Shown: positions 27,694-37,535 of the stretch, one piece after another
How positions within the stretch are numbered: the first letter of the stretch is position 1
Layout of the letters: the number at the start of each line of letters is the position of its first letter
Virus record (IMG/VR): IMGVR_UViG_3300009868_000002
Location: 39,556-103,555 of that record
Strand: one strand, 5' to 3'
Length of the DNA stretch: 64,000 nucleotides
DNA from: a virus
Lineage: Duplodnaviria; Caudoviricetes
Made by a program: the position numbers and the translations under genes
The notes under the pieces: generated by a model
What the model saw: only the letters and a program-made list of their open reading frames with translations
Told to the model about the DNA's origin: nothing
Database searches by the model: none

Positions 27694-28656
27694 TTACACG
27701 AGGCTGGAAAGAATATCCTGCCTCACCTTATTGGCATCATCCAGAAGGAAATGCTTGTTGATAGTATCGACGCTTTTCGCTACCAAGTCATTACGCATCT
27801 TCTCCATGTCTTTGGACTTGGCGGTGATAAGCTTTTCAGGATGGTGGCCTATGCCGGGGAAGTCCCACTCTTCTGCAGCTAGCGATGCAAAGGTAGCGGC
27901 ACCGACAGCGGTAGCTTCAAGCCATGCAATATTAGACTTGCTGCGATTGAAGATGCAGTCTTCCAAAGGATAGAGCAGGAAGTCCAGTGCTGCCTTGCGG
28001 AAGATATACTGAAAGCTAAAGAAGTCGGTAAAGTAGTGATAGTCGTAGTCGATGCTCCATGCTGGCGTCACTCCCATGAAGATGATTTTAAACTTCTTCG
28101 TTTCGTTAAGCCTATGGAATAGGGGGCGCCACTGCTCCAAGTCTCTGCTATGGGTGCTGGTACCGCGCCATCCGATACGTGTCTTGCCGGTATAGTCACC
28201 AGCAATAGCGGGAGAGACTATTTCCAGGGGTGCCCTGACGGCGTTACGAATAACTTCTACGTGCTTGGCGGCACCTCTTAGCTGACGCTTAACCATGTCG
28301 GCCAGTGCTGGCGTAGAGACGGTAACGATATCAGCAAGCTTACAACAGCGGTTAATAGCTTCTATCTTGCCGTCGTATGCCTGCCGTGCAGGATTGGTAT
28401 GGGGTACATTCCAGATGTCGTCGTCGAAGTCCACCCATACGGGAAGTCCTATTTCTTTAGCCAGGTTGATGAGGTTAGCATCGGAAGGCTCATAGGGACG
28501 TGCAGCAAAGAAGACATCGACGGTATACATCGTATTCACACTCATAGCACGAGGCAGCTCGACGATACGCAAGTCTTTGATGGCATGTAGTGGCCCAAAG
28601 CTGCGGTAGTAACTTGAGGCGGTGAATCCTCCAGGTTCGTATATTCCTACAGTCAT
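27694..28656 (-). CDS. Glycosyltransferase (GT-B fold, GT4-like)
   Basis: VWVDFDDDIW, ADIVTVSTPAL, RIGWRG, FNRSKSNIAWLEA. Confidence 0.8.
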   Translation of the reverse strand: MTVGIYEPGGFTASSYYRSFGPLHAIKDLRIVELPRAMSVNTMYTVDVFFAARPYEPSDANLINLAKEIGLPVWVDFDDDIWNVPHTNPARQAYDGKIEAINRCCKLADIVTVSTPALADMVKRQLRGAAKHVEVIRNAVRAPLEIVSPAIAGDYTGKTRIGWRGTSTHSRDLEQWRPLFHRLNETKKFKIIFMGVTPAWSIDYDYHYFTDFFSFQYIFRKAALDFLLYPLEDCIFNRSKSNIAWLEATAVGAATFASLAAEEWDFPGIGHHPEKLITAKSKDMEKMRNDLVAKSVDTINKHFLLDDANKVRQDILSSLV

Positions 28657-28667
28657 AGTAGCTATTT

Positions 28668-28705
28668 AAAAACGCAGGCTGTGGGCAGAACGCCCTACAG
28701 CCCGC
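28668..28705 (-). terminator. Rho-independent terminator-like hairpin
   Basis: ggctgtgggc/gccctacagcc stem with a U-run on the - strand. Confidence 0.55.
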
Positions 28706-28719
28706 TAGAATGCAAAAAT

Positions 28720-29394
28720 CTACACTCGGTTAGTGTCCCAATTTAGTTTCTCGTCTTCCATGCGAAGGGGAAAGTCCAGCTCCCTATCGTCTGCTATTGT
28801 AACATTAGTGTTAAATGTTTCGTTTACTACCGCCTCGAATTGCTTTCTGTATTCCTTGTCTTTGGTGAGGATGCTCCATATAGGATTAGTCTTTCCGTCA
28901 GCACGCTTGGGGGTGATGAATAGAGATTGCAAGTCATCGCTGCTAAACATCTTTGAATAGGCACCTTTTAGAAAATTATCATAGGCACCATGATAGCGCT
29001 TGGGTATAGCGGTAATGACGCAGCATAGATGCTGCTGTGATATCCTGCTACCTTGCTGGAAGCCTGTGAAGTAGTAGTCGTCGATATAGTGTGTGTATTT
29101 GCGGCAGAATTTAAGAAAGCTATTAAACATTGTCCTTCCCAGCAGGGTATCCTTATATTCCCTGCTATTGACGTCAAAGGCGCCATTAATATCATAGAGC
29201 ATAAATAGCGCGTAGTCTACCTGCCTGCCCTTGGCCTTGTCGTATTTTACGTCACCGATAGCGCTGGCCAGCAGCCCCGGGTTGACGTTTCTCCATTGGT
29301 ATTTAAATTCGTTGCTATACGCATCGACGATAGGCAGTATGTATCGTGCCGTCTTATTACGCGCATAGAAACGCCCTAATTCTATTTCAATCAT
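28720..29394 (-). CDS. Conserved hypothetical phage protein
   Basis: 224-aa ORF; FLKGAYSKMF...ELDFP. Confidence 0.65.
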   Translation of the reverse strand: MIEIELGRFYARNKTARYILPIVDAYSNEFKYQWRNVNPGLLASAIGDVKYDKAKGRQVDYALFMLYDINGAFDVNSREYKDTLLGRTMFNSFLKFCRKYTHYIDDYYFTGFQQGSRISQQHLCCVITAIPKRYHGAYDNFLKGAYSKMFSSDDLQSLFITPKRADGKTNPIWSILTKDKEYRKQFEAVVNETFNTNVTIADDRELDFPLRMEDEKLNWDTNRV

Positions 29395-29837
29395 ATAGGT
29401 ACTTCTGTTTTGTGTGTCCTAAATCCTAATACTCTGGATTTGGCGTATGGCGCAATAGTAACGGCGTTGGATTGGTTTCCCCCTAGCACATACACATACT
29501 GGCTATTCTCGCGGATATAGATAGCGACATGTCCTTCCCATGATGCAGGGGAGCCTCTCCAGAAGATGACGATATCGCCAATCTGGGGAGTAGTGGTAAT
29601 CTCTCCATAGCGCAGCCAGGAGCGTGCTGACACATCTACGTCCGGCTCTATGTCTAATGCTGTACGCACTACGTCAGCGACGAAGGCTGAGCACCAGTTG
29701 ATTTCATCTGATGCAGCGTTAGGCATTAGTGAGCGCAGCCAGCGCATGATGCTGGGGGAGTTGGAATGTTTTCCGCTAAATTCTTTAATCCCTATGCGGG
29801 AGAGAGCTTCTGTCAGTACTTTGATGTTTGCATCCAT
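29391..29837 (-). CDS. TIGR02594-family NlpC/P60/CHAP-like peptidoglycan hydrolase
   Basis: WCSAFV (Cys), SARSW, GDIVIF, GHV (His), LGGNQSNAV. Confidence 0.85.
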   Translation of the reverse strand: MDANIKVLTEALSRIGIKEFSGKHSNSPSIMRWLRSLMPNAASDEINWCSAFVADVVRTALDIEPDVDVSARSWLRYGEITTTPQIGDIVIFWRGSPASWEGHVAIYIRENSQYVYVLGGNQSNAVTIAPYAKSRVLGFRTHKTEVPI

Positions 29838-29858
29838 TGCAGCAAAGTTTGCTGCAAG

Positions 29859-30878
29859 TTACAAAATTAACCGAATAGTACTGTCGCTGAATAGAGTAGT
29901 ATCGACGTAGAATGGAACATGAGCTGTACAAGTAATGTAGCGGCTTTCCGAGCCGATTTCCAGGTAGTTACCTAATACGGCGTTATTATTTTTAGTAACT
30001 CTTTGGCATAGCGATATCCAGTGTTGTCCTTGTATTTTCATAGTAGTAGTCTGCAAGTTTGGGCATGGTCAGCAAAAAGCATAAAGACAAATGCAGTACG
30101 CTGTAATGTGCCGGGAGTAAGAAATCTTACCTGTGTAGGGACATAAAGTTTCATAGTATTAGTCTTATAGTGAATTCAGCATTAGGTCTTGTAATCCGGT
30201 AATAGCGAGAAAGAAAGTAAGTCTGGGCAGTAGGAATAACCATCTCTTTGTAGCAGCAAATAACAGCTGGACCAACGTAATGACGATGTAAATTCATAGT
30301 ATTAGTCTTTGTGATACAGAATCGTTTCTACCACCTGGAGTCATTACAAATCCAGGGAATGAGGTAGCAGGAGCAATTATGTGGACTGTTCTATTATAGA
30401 AGGGTAGCTGTACTTTATAGTAATGCAGCTGTCCGCTTAGTCGCGCTATCTTCATAGTATTAGTCTTTGCGAAATTTCTCTTCCTATTACTGCTGTTTCG
30501 TCTCTATTATATCGAGTTATCCATACTGTAGTAGAAATATCCCAAGATAATTTTCCATGTAGCCTGATATAATCAGTTAGAAATCTAATGGTGCACTCTA
30601 TTTTCATAGTAGTAGTCTTTGTGCTATAGTACCATTTAGCCTGGCCTCACTCATTCTCCATACAATATTATGGGTATGATAATAGTAGCCGTACAGTAGT
30701 ATTGTTGCTTCCCTCATTTGATACCATTGTGTAATTAGTCTCATAGCGTTAGTCTTTGTGAAAGTGATTCCAGACGCCAGGTTCCAATAGGGCACATTAG
30801 CCAACTATAGCCAAATGCATAATCGCCCTGTGCTTCTATAACACCAGAGCCGATGTAGTTTCTTTGGATTATGACCAT
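29859..30878 (-). CDS. RLIL mini-ORF array A: 7 coupled ORFs
   Basis: Hand-translated: 30741-30878 (..SQRLTL), 30604-30744 (..AQRLLL), 30452-30607 (..SQRLIL), 30294-30455 (..SQRLIL), 30151-30297 (..TIRLIL), 30038-30154 (..TCRLLL), 29859-30041 (..TIRLIL); ATGA overlaps. Confidence 0.85.
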
Positions 30879-31900
30879 AGCTCCAGCATTTTAGTGCGAT
30901 TATTAAAATAGCTATCCAAGTCGAAGTCTTCAATGCCCAGCCTGACAGCATCCTTGTAGATATCTAGTGCCTGCCTCCACCCATAGATATACTCCTCTTC
31001 CCTGGTGATGTTAAAGTCCTGCTCATTAATCAGCACTGATTTTACCCTGGTAGCGCCATACTCTCCAACGTATAAGTCGGTAGGACTGCAAGGGTATACA
31101 TACGGTGATACAGCAGGATTGGCACTGCCAACCAGAAACGTGAAAGGAAGTACTTTCCATTCAGGATAGTGGAATTTCAGCAATGCCGTATAGAAGCTTG
31201 CCTGTATGTCAGCACGATTTCTGCGTGCCTGATACTTCCACTCCCTTACGGAAGCGCTGGTGACTTTAAAATCGATAGGCTCGATGGTAAAATCCCTTTC
31301 GTTAAAGAGGCATTTGTCAAGTAGCCCTTTACAGTCCACTTCTGATAGCGTGGCATACAGTGGAAACTGGTACTTGGCGCGAAGGATAAAGTTATCCTCG
31401 GCAAAGTACTTATAGGTATTGGGGCTAGACTTGAAGTTTTCTGCAATGCGGGAACAGATGTCCCACTCCTTTTGCAGCACGATAGTTCTGCCTTCAGCCT
31501 CTTGCAAGAAATCCCAGTAGCTGATAGTTTCCTTGATGACGTTATCGACGCGCTGCTGCATCGTCCAGTGTGCATTACCTTTGTATTGCACTTCTTCGAT
31601 AGCACCTTCAATCAAGTCACGCAGCATATACAAGTTAGCTTCGCTACTGGCTTGCTGATAGACACGATTGATGATTTTATCCATCGTCTCACCAGGGCGC
31701 TTTTCTTCCTGTACGATGAGGAACTTATCTTTCCACCACTCTTGTGGCAATGTCAGGATAGCGTCTACGATGCTTCCTGTTTCCATGTATTTATTCCTCC
31801 CCGGCACACGTTCTGGCTCGGGGTCATCGATGTTGATGATACGCTTCAGCAGTGTCTGGTTGACAGCCGGTGAAGCTTCATATTCCAGTATTTCTTTCAT
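30869..31900 (-). CDS. PD-(D/E)xK exonuclease (RecE/ExoVIII-like)
   Basis: CKGLLDK..IDFKVT, IQASFY; likely start ATG 31900 (MKEILEY), overlapping the stop of a mini-ORF. Confidence 0.8.
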   Translation of the reverse strand: MKEILEYEASPAVNQTLLKRIINIDDPEPERVPGRNKYMETGSIVDAILTLPQEWWKDKFLIVQEEKRPGETMDKIINRVYQQASSEANLYMLRDLIEGAIEEVQYKGNAHWTMQQRVDNVIKETISYWDFLQEAEGRTIVLQKEWDICSRIAENFKSSPNTYKYFAEDNFILRAKYQFPLYATLSEVDCKGLLDKCLFNERDFTIEPIDFKVTSASVREWKYQARRNRADIQASFYTALLKFHYPEWKVLPFTFLVGSANPAVSPYVYPCSPTDLYVGEYGATRVKSVLINEQDFNITREEEYIYGWRQALDIYKDAVRLGIEDFDLDSYFNNRTKMLELWS

Positions 31901-32928
31901 AGGTATAGCCGTATAGATACATGCCAATCAGGTCGTGTTATATAAATATCGTTATCGAGAACAACTCGATATCTATAAGTTTCTAAGCTAGAATTCCAAG
32001 AGCCTCCTAATGGTACTGAAGAATTTCGTATTAACTTCATAGCCAGAGTCTTTGTGATGCAGTATGAAGTGGTTCAATGCGCTCTATATATCCCGTAGTA
32101 GCAGTAACAAAGCAGAAGCAGTCAACGTCATAGAAGTCAAAAGGCTCTGTCCAGTAGGTGCCGCCTAAAACACAATGTTTGATTCTCATAGTATTAGCCT
32201 TTGTGATATACGCCTTGAAAAGTAATTAGGAGAGCCCATTGATATTGAGACGGCATTAAAGTTTTGCATGCCTATCGTATAGTTATAGCCCATTATATGC
32301 CAAGCTTCATACAGTTTCATAGTATTATTCTTATGCCTCTAGCTGAAAATATAGCGCCAACATGTACCAAAGTTTCTACGTCGTAGCCAGATAGTCTAAT
32401 GCTGCTTAAGCAATAGCCTGCTTTCTGGTAGCATCCTTTGCTGTGATAAAATTCCTCTTTTCCTATCTTCATAGTATTAGTCTTACTGTAGTTTCCATAT
32501 CACTATAAAAGTGCATACCATAGTGTATTCTGAATCGGTGTGAGGGAGCATAGTATAAGATGCCTAGCCTGTATATTGATATTCCTATAGGATATTCTGT
32601 CATCAGGTTCATAGCCAGAGTCGTTGCGATACAGTATGAAATCTCACTATACGCTCCACATAACCCATAGTAGCAAGCACAAAGGCATGCTCATCAAAGT
32701 CATAGAAGTCAAATGATTCTGTCCAGTAGGTTCCTCCTAAAGCACAATGTTTGATTATCATAGTATTAGTCTTTGTGTTCTACCGCAAGAAAAGGCATCA
32801 CAGTAGTGCATTTTTTGTACTTCATACATCCGGTTTATTGCATCTTTACTGTTGATATAAAAGTATCCTGCTCTGAAAAAGTACCCCGCCTTTTCAAGTG
32901 TAGCGAAAGCTTGTCTTCCAATTCTCAT
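31897..32928 (-). CDS. RLIL mini-ORF array B: 7 coupled ORFs
   Basis: 32758-32928 (..TQRLIL), 32609-32761 (..SQRLWL), 32469-32612 (..TVRLIL), 32317-32472 (..GIRIIL), 32186-32320 (..SQRLIL), 32037-32189 (..SQRLWL), 31897-32040 (LGGSW..SIRLYL). Confidence 0.85.
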
Positions 32929-33335
32929 AGTATCCTGATTATTACTCCAGCATTTTCTTTATCCACCCTGTACCATTGCCCGTCTATCTCTAGTGGGATA
33001 GGTACCATCTCTGTGATGTTATCGTCAGGTATCCACTTGTGGAATACCATTGCATCCTGTGGGCATTGCGTCATATTGTTAAAGTCGAATAATCTCTTAC
33101 TATCTCGGATAAAGAAAAACCCTATTTTCAAGGGTTTTTCCTTACCCTTAATAGCACGCCTAAACTTGGGGGCTAATGCCTTCATCAGCTCCGCTGTATT
33201 CTTTCTCCATCGCTGTGTAAGCTTGTTTGCAACAAAGTGTCCTCCCGAAGTCAGCACACGGCTGTTCTTCGAAGAGGGCACGTTGCCGGGAATAAAAAAC
33301 TCACATTCTACTGTAGACTTCTTGGGCTGCTTCAT
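32925..33335 (-). CDS. RusA-like Holliday junction resolvase
   Basis: IPGNVPSSKN, RLFDFNNM..PQDAM..IPDDN. Confidence 0.75.
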   Translation of the reverse strand: MKQPKKSTVECEFFIPGNVPSSKNSRVLTSGGHFVANKLTQRWRKNTAELMKALAPKFRRAIKGKEKPLKIGFFFIRDSKRLFDFNNMTQCPQDAMVFHKWIPDDNITEMVPIPLEIDGQWYRVDKENAGVIIRIL

Positions 33336-33738
33336 ATACCGCCTTTTCTATCTCCGCTGAATTGCTGAAATCCTTGACTGTAAAGCTATCGGTAATGTAT
33401 GGAAATACATAATCTACAAAGATAGCGTTAATGTCCAAGTATTTCAGCTTGTTAAACAGCTGGGTAGCAAAAGCGGTATGGCGAAGTGCCTCACTTATCA
33501 AAATTGTATAATCATCCTGCCGTGCTGCAACGATGATGCCATCCATGTAGATGGTACACTGCTCGATGTAGTACCATGCTTTGGTGTAGATATCCTTAGC
33601 CTTGGCTTTCGGCATGGGCTGTGGCAGCAGCAATAAGTCCAGCAACGCCGACATAGGCACTGTCCTCACCTTCTTCAGGGAAGAGAGAGAGCACGGTATC
33701 GACGACAGGTGCTGGTACGGTATCTTCAGCGTATTCAT
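33301..33738 (-). CDS. Hypothetical protein (start uncertain)
   Basis: ORF between E1 and RusA; its 5' part overlaps E1. Confidence 0.45.
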   Translation of the reverse strand: MNTLKIPYQHLSSIPCSLSSLKKVRTVPMSALLDLLLLPQPMPKAKAKDIYTKAWYYIEQCTIYMDGIIVAARQDDYTILISEALRHTAFATQLFNKLKYLDINAIFVDYVFPYITDSFTVKDFSNSAEIEKAVYEAAQEVYSRM

Positions 33739-34399
33739 TGATAAACTGGTTTAGCGGTGCAAAGAATTGTACGCGACGTGGCAGCTTGCCACGAACTTCG
33801 CTGCAGTACTGGTTGACTATGCTTACCACTTGCCCGTGGCAGATGCTGGCGATGTGCGCTGTCTGTCGGTAGGTACATGGAGCCTCTTCGATTTCTTCAT
33901 CGGAGTACAGGTACTGGCTATACCACTGTTCGTCTCCTTGCTGCACGAAGTAAATCTCAAATACTTCAGCCAGCAGCCTTACATCGATGAAGAACTGCCT
34001 ATTTTCCTGCTGCAGCCAGTAGTTGAATAGCCTATGTCGCAACGCCATATTATCAGGGCATGCGATAATGTTAGGGCATTGCAGCAAGTGCTCAACACCT
34101 TCCCATTTAGTTGCAAAGGAAGATACCTTACTATCGGAGACAGTGTCCTTGATAGCCTGCACTGTTGCCTTCACCTTATGCTTTCCTACATCGGCACGCT
34201 TGAATCCCTGTGGTACACAGTTATGTATCTCGACGACGTCGAAGTCTACTAATTGAAGCGTATGGTTGCCTTGGATGCCCAGCAGGCGTGCTACGCCAGC
34301 ACCGACACCACCAATGCCGACGATAGTAATATCCAGGTGGGTGTCAATCCAGGGGGCGGCGGCAAACCTAGTCGTTATACCAGTTTGAAAATTGGCCAT
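33596..34399 (-). CDS. ThiF/E1-like ubiquitin-activating enzyme
   Basis: IVGIGGVG, DFDVVEIHN, CPDNMALR, FFIDVR, EAPCT catalytic Cys. Confidence 0.88.
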   Translation of the reverse strand: MANFQTGITTRFAAAPWIDTHLDITIVGIGGVGAGVARLLGIQGNHTLQLVDFDVVEIHNCVPQGFKRADVGKHKVKATVQAIKDTVSDSKVSSFATKWEGVEHLLQCPNIIACPDNMALRHRLFNYWLQQENRQFFIDVRLLAEVFEIYFVQQGDEQWYSQYLYSDEEIEEAPCTYRQTAHIASICHGQVVSIVNQYCSEVRGKLPRRVQFFAPLNQFINEYAEDTVPAPVVDTVLSLFPEEGEDSAYVGVAGLIAAATAHAESQG

Positions 34400-35354
34400 A
34401 TACTGATTGGTTTAATTCGTTAGCAATAGAGTCCAGTAGTAGAACAGCGCCATCATCAGTAGCACCTTGCAACAAAAGATGTGCATTCTGCAATACTTCT
34501 GTACGTTCGTCAGGCAGCAGCACTTCTGTAACACCGAAGAAATACGTAAGCAATCCATCGGCATTGGGAAATTCGCCTTCCCGCAGTGTTTCAGCGATAT
34601 ACTGATTGACATCCTCAATAGAGAGGATGCTATCCTCTTCTTTAGGAAGTTCCAGCTGTAGCTGCTTAGGTTGATATGTCTGTGTTGCCCATTTAGGAGC
34701 AGCTGCTTTTTTCTGCTGCTTGGCTTTTGCTTTCTGAATAGACTCGATACGCGTTTCTATCTCTTCATCCAGCAGGACGGGCCCTAGTACTTCGGCGTCG
34801 GAGAGCAGCACACACTCCATTGAAGTGCCTTTGATAGCGTGTGAAGTACTTAATCCACGTACCTTGCCTTGAGTAAATTGCGCTACCCTGCCTACTTTGC
34901 ATACCATGCTGCCATCGTTGCCAACAACCAGCGAGAAGTAAACGTCTATATGGCGTGAGTTTTCGACTATCTCATTGATGTCAGTGTCAGAATGCCACAC
35001 GCTCATGCTGTGGTGGCTATGTACGGCACCTAGCTTGAGGTTGACGATGTCGGCAGGCTGGAAATGCTGTACCAGGTAGTCAGCCAGGTTGGCATCACCC
35101 AGGAAACTATTCCAGTTGAAGTTGGTATTGGCAGTAGAGCCTATATCCATAAAGCACATGTGCTCTACCAGTATGTGCAGCAGCTGTGTGTTATCTTTCT
35201 GTACGCGATAGATGAGCACTCCTGCCCATTCTCTATCCGATAGCAGTGAGCACGCTGTTAGTATCTGCATTGAGGCTTTCTGTGTTAGTTCCAGAATAAA
35301 TTTCTTGTCGTTGCTTGGTAGCCAATTCAAGGGTAATTCTTTTGTTGAGCTCAT
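34368..35354 (-). CDS. JAB/MPN metalloprotease (deubiquitinase-like)
   Basis: EWAG and HSHHSMSVWHSDTD (HxH-x7-S-x2-D). Confidence 0.85.
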   Translation of the reverse strand: MSSTKELPLNWLPSNDKKFILELTQKASMQILTACSLLSDREWAGVLIYRVQKDNTQLLHILVEHMCFMDIGSTANTNFNWNSFLGDANLADYLVQHFQPADIVNLKLGAVHSHHSMSVWHSDTDINEIVENSRHIDVYFSLVVGNDGSMVCKVGRVAQFTQGKVRGLSTSHAIKGTSMECVLLSDAEVLGPVLLDEEIETRIESIQKAKAKQQKKAAAPKWATQTYQPKQLQLELPKEEDSILSIEDVNQYIAETLREGEFPNADGLLTYFFGVTEVLLPDERTEVLQNAHLLLQGATDDGAVLLLDSIANELNQSVYGQFSNWYND

Positions 35355-36246
35355 TGATTGTTAACTGTTTTATGAGTGGTGGAATAATAGTAAGCTGGTA
35401 TTCATCGAGGATACGTACTCTGTATAACTTTCCCAGATAGGGCACGTGCCAGTTACGAGGGATGTGCGGAAGATTGTCTCTCTCCTTGTAGTACAGCGAA
35501 TCTCCAGACTGATACAGCCTGTTAACATAGGGCTCTTTGGCAAGCCAGCTATCCAGGGCAGCGTCATCTTGTACAGATGCCTCAATGACGCCATTGCCGT
35601 TAACGCTATAGCGTATTGTTAGTGGTGTTATAGGACAGCGCAGGGAAGCAAACCAGAAATTTCTCCTGTTTGCTGTCATCTCGTGTACATAGTAATAAGG
35701 ATGTGTTCCTACCGATTCGATGGCCAGATACTGTGGAAGAATAGCGATGATAGCCTCTATCTTTTCGTAGAAACCTAAGTCACTATGTCTAAAGATATTT
35801 CCAAAGCACGCTGAAGCCCTAAAGTTTACAGGAGTAGAGTATACACTAATGTGGCTATGGATGTACCAGTAAGGCACTTCATCTATAGTAAATGCTGTCT
35901 TTGCAAATGTAGGAACGACAGCACCTGCTATTAGATTATCAATAGATAGCGCGAAAAACACCTCGTGGGAAGTGTGCTTTAAGCGCGTTGTCGTTGTTAT
36001 TTCTATCTGGCTGTACAGATGCACGACATACTTGTTATGTACTACGTCCCAGTCGTCTCCCCACATCTTGGTAAAAATAGTATAAAGCTGGTACGCCATA
36101 TCGGCAGTATGATTTCTGCGTGCTTCAATCAGTTGTCTCACAGATACTGCAGTAAGTTTACCTCTACGGACTTCCCATATCAGCTGTAGTGCATCCAGAT
36201 GCCGCCGCAGCTCGATAGCGTGTGCTAGTTTCTCTAATTGTGTCAT
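35233..36246 (-). CDS. Putative prokaryotic E2-like conjugating enzyme
   Basis: YIHSHIS...SACFGN (His..Cys-x-Gly spacing of E2); lies between Ubl and JAB. Confidence 0.6.
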   Translation of the reverse strand: MTQLEKLAHAIELRRHLDALQLIWEVRRGKLTAVSVRQLIEARRNHTADMAYQLYTIFTKMWGDDWDVVHNKYVVHLYSQIEITTTTRLKHTSHEVFFALSIDNLIAGAVVPTFAKTAFTIDEVPYWYIHSHISVYSTPVNFRASACFGNIFRHSDLGFYEKIEAIIAILPQYLAIESVGTHPYYYVHEMTANRRNFWFASLRCPITPLTIRYSVNGNGVIEASVQDDAALDSWLAKEPYVNRLYQSGDSLYYKERDNLPHIPRNWHVPYLGKLYRVRILDEYQLTIIPPLIKQLTINELNKRITLELATKQRQEIYSGTNTESLNADTNSVLTAIG

Positions 36247-36257
36247 AGGAGTAAGTT

Positions 36258-36288
36258 AAAAGGGGAGAGGTGCAAACCTCTCCCTCTT
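36258..36288 (-). terminator. Rho-independent terminator-like hairpin
   Basis: gggagaggt-gcaa-acctctccc with a U-run on the - strand. Confidence 0.65.
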
Positions 36289-36290
36289 GA

Positions 36291-36818
36291 TTACTTAATC
36301 GCAGCATACTTCTCGGTGAAGTAGGCATCGAATGCCTCTGCGTTGGCGTCATTGCGCATCTGCAGCTGGATTTCTACTGCGAGCAGGCGCTGCTCCAGCG
36401 TGAGTACCCCTGAAGGAGTCTCCGAAGGGGCTTCATCACCCTTTACAGCCAAAGCATGACGTGCAGCATCGTACTTACGCTGCAGCTCCACAGTAGAGCT
36501 TTGCGTATAGTTGCCGATAATGCTACGTACCCACGGATAGGTGGCGTACCACTCCTTCAGCTGTGCTTTGAGCTCTTTGTAGCCCATAGCAGCAGCCTTG
36601 AACTTGGCGGGAGCGACAACGAGGACGAAGTTACCAGCAGGCAGCTGGGCTTCATCGTGCTGGATATTCAAGTTCAACCCTGAAATCAGCACCGTCTTGT
36701 CCCTCATGTTAGCACCTCTGTCTTCGAGCTCAGTACGGAGTACTCCCCATTGCTGGGCTTCACTCTCGACAGAAAAATTGTTGCCCTGCGTCTGCAGGAC
36801 GGTTACGAGTCTTTTCAT
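36291..36818 (-). CDS. Ubiquitin-like (beta-grasp) N-terminal domain fused to a helical C-terminal domain
   Basis: ~76-aa beta-grasp-like pattern ending LPAGNFVLVVAPAKFKAA; first gene before E2-JAB-E1. Confidence 0.6.
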   Translation of the reverse strand: MKRLVTVLQTQGNNFSVESEAQQWGVLRTELEDRGANMRDKTVLISGLNLNIQHDEAQLPAGNFVLVVAPAKFKAAAMGYKELKAQLKEWYATYPWVRSIIGNYTQSSTVELQRKYDAARHALAVKGDEAPSETPSGVLTLEQRLLAVEIQLQMRNDANAEAFDAYFTEKYAAIK

Positions 36819-36866
36819 TACTCATAGGTTTAACGTTAAACGAATATTATGCATGCAAAAATTGCC

Positions 36867-37535
36867 TTAGAAGGGAAGCACCCAGTGGAGCTTACTGCTA
36901 TACAGCTGTTCATACTGTGCAGCTACCTGCTCGAAGGTACTTTTGAATACAGCCTTGTCTATCTTATTGCCATAAGCAAGTGCTGCAGGGTGCGGGCACG
37001 TAATGACGACGTGCTTGGTGTCATCGATGAAAGCAGCAAGCTCTTCAGCGACTTTGCCAAAGAAGACAAAGATTAGCTTGTCTTGTCTGTTTAGCAGCTT
37101 GAATACTTCTACCATAAAGGGGCGCCATAAATCTTCATGGCTACGAGGCTCCTTAACGCGGCAGGTGAGTGCAGCATTTAGTAGCAGCACACCTTGATTC
37201 ATCCACATCTGCAAGGTAGGGTCGAAGTTGCTGTCGGCATCATCTGTTACAGCGTCGGATAGTATTTTCAGGGAAAAGGGATAGTCTTTGTAAAGCCTTT
37301 CCTTCTCTACAGCAAAGGCTACTCCCTTAGCGTCAGCAAGTGTAGGATAGGGGTCTTGCCCCAGCATGATTACTCTAACCTGCTGCAACGGCAATGAAAA
37401 AGCCCTGAAGACGTTACCGTCACCAGGGCAAAGAGAAGGAGAATTGGTCAGCCTTTTATATATCCAGTCCAGTATCGGGCTGGTGTATTCCAGGTGCTCC
37501 CACCATGATGGGTGCATGTGTCTGGGTAGTTGCAT
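36867..37535 (-). CDS. ung: Uracil-DNA glycosylase family 1
   Basis: GQDPYP, GVLLLNAALT, SH, HPAA. Confidence 0.92.
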   Translation of the reverse strand: MQLPRHMHPSWWEHLEYTSPILDWIYKRLTNSPSLCPGDGNVFRAFSLPLQQVRVIMLGQDPYPTLADAKGVAFAVEKERLYKDYPFSLKILSDAVTDDADSNFDPTLQMWMNQGVLLLNAALTCRVKEPRSHEDLWRPFMVEVFKLLNRQDKLIFVFFGKVAEELAAFIDDTKHVVITCPHPAALAYGNKIDKAVFKSTFEQVAAQYEQLYSSKLHWVLPF

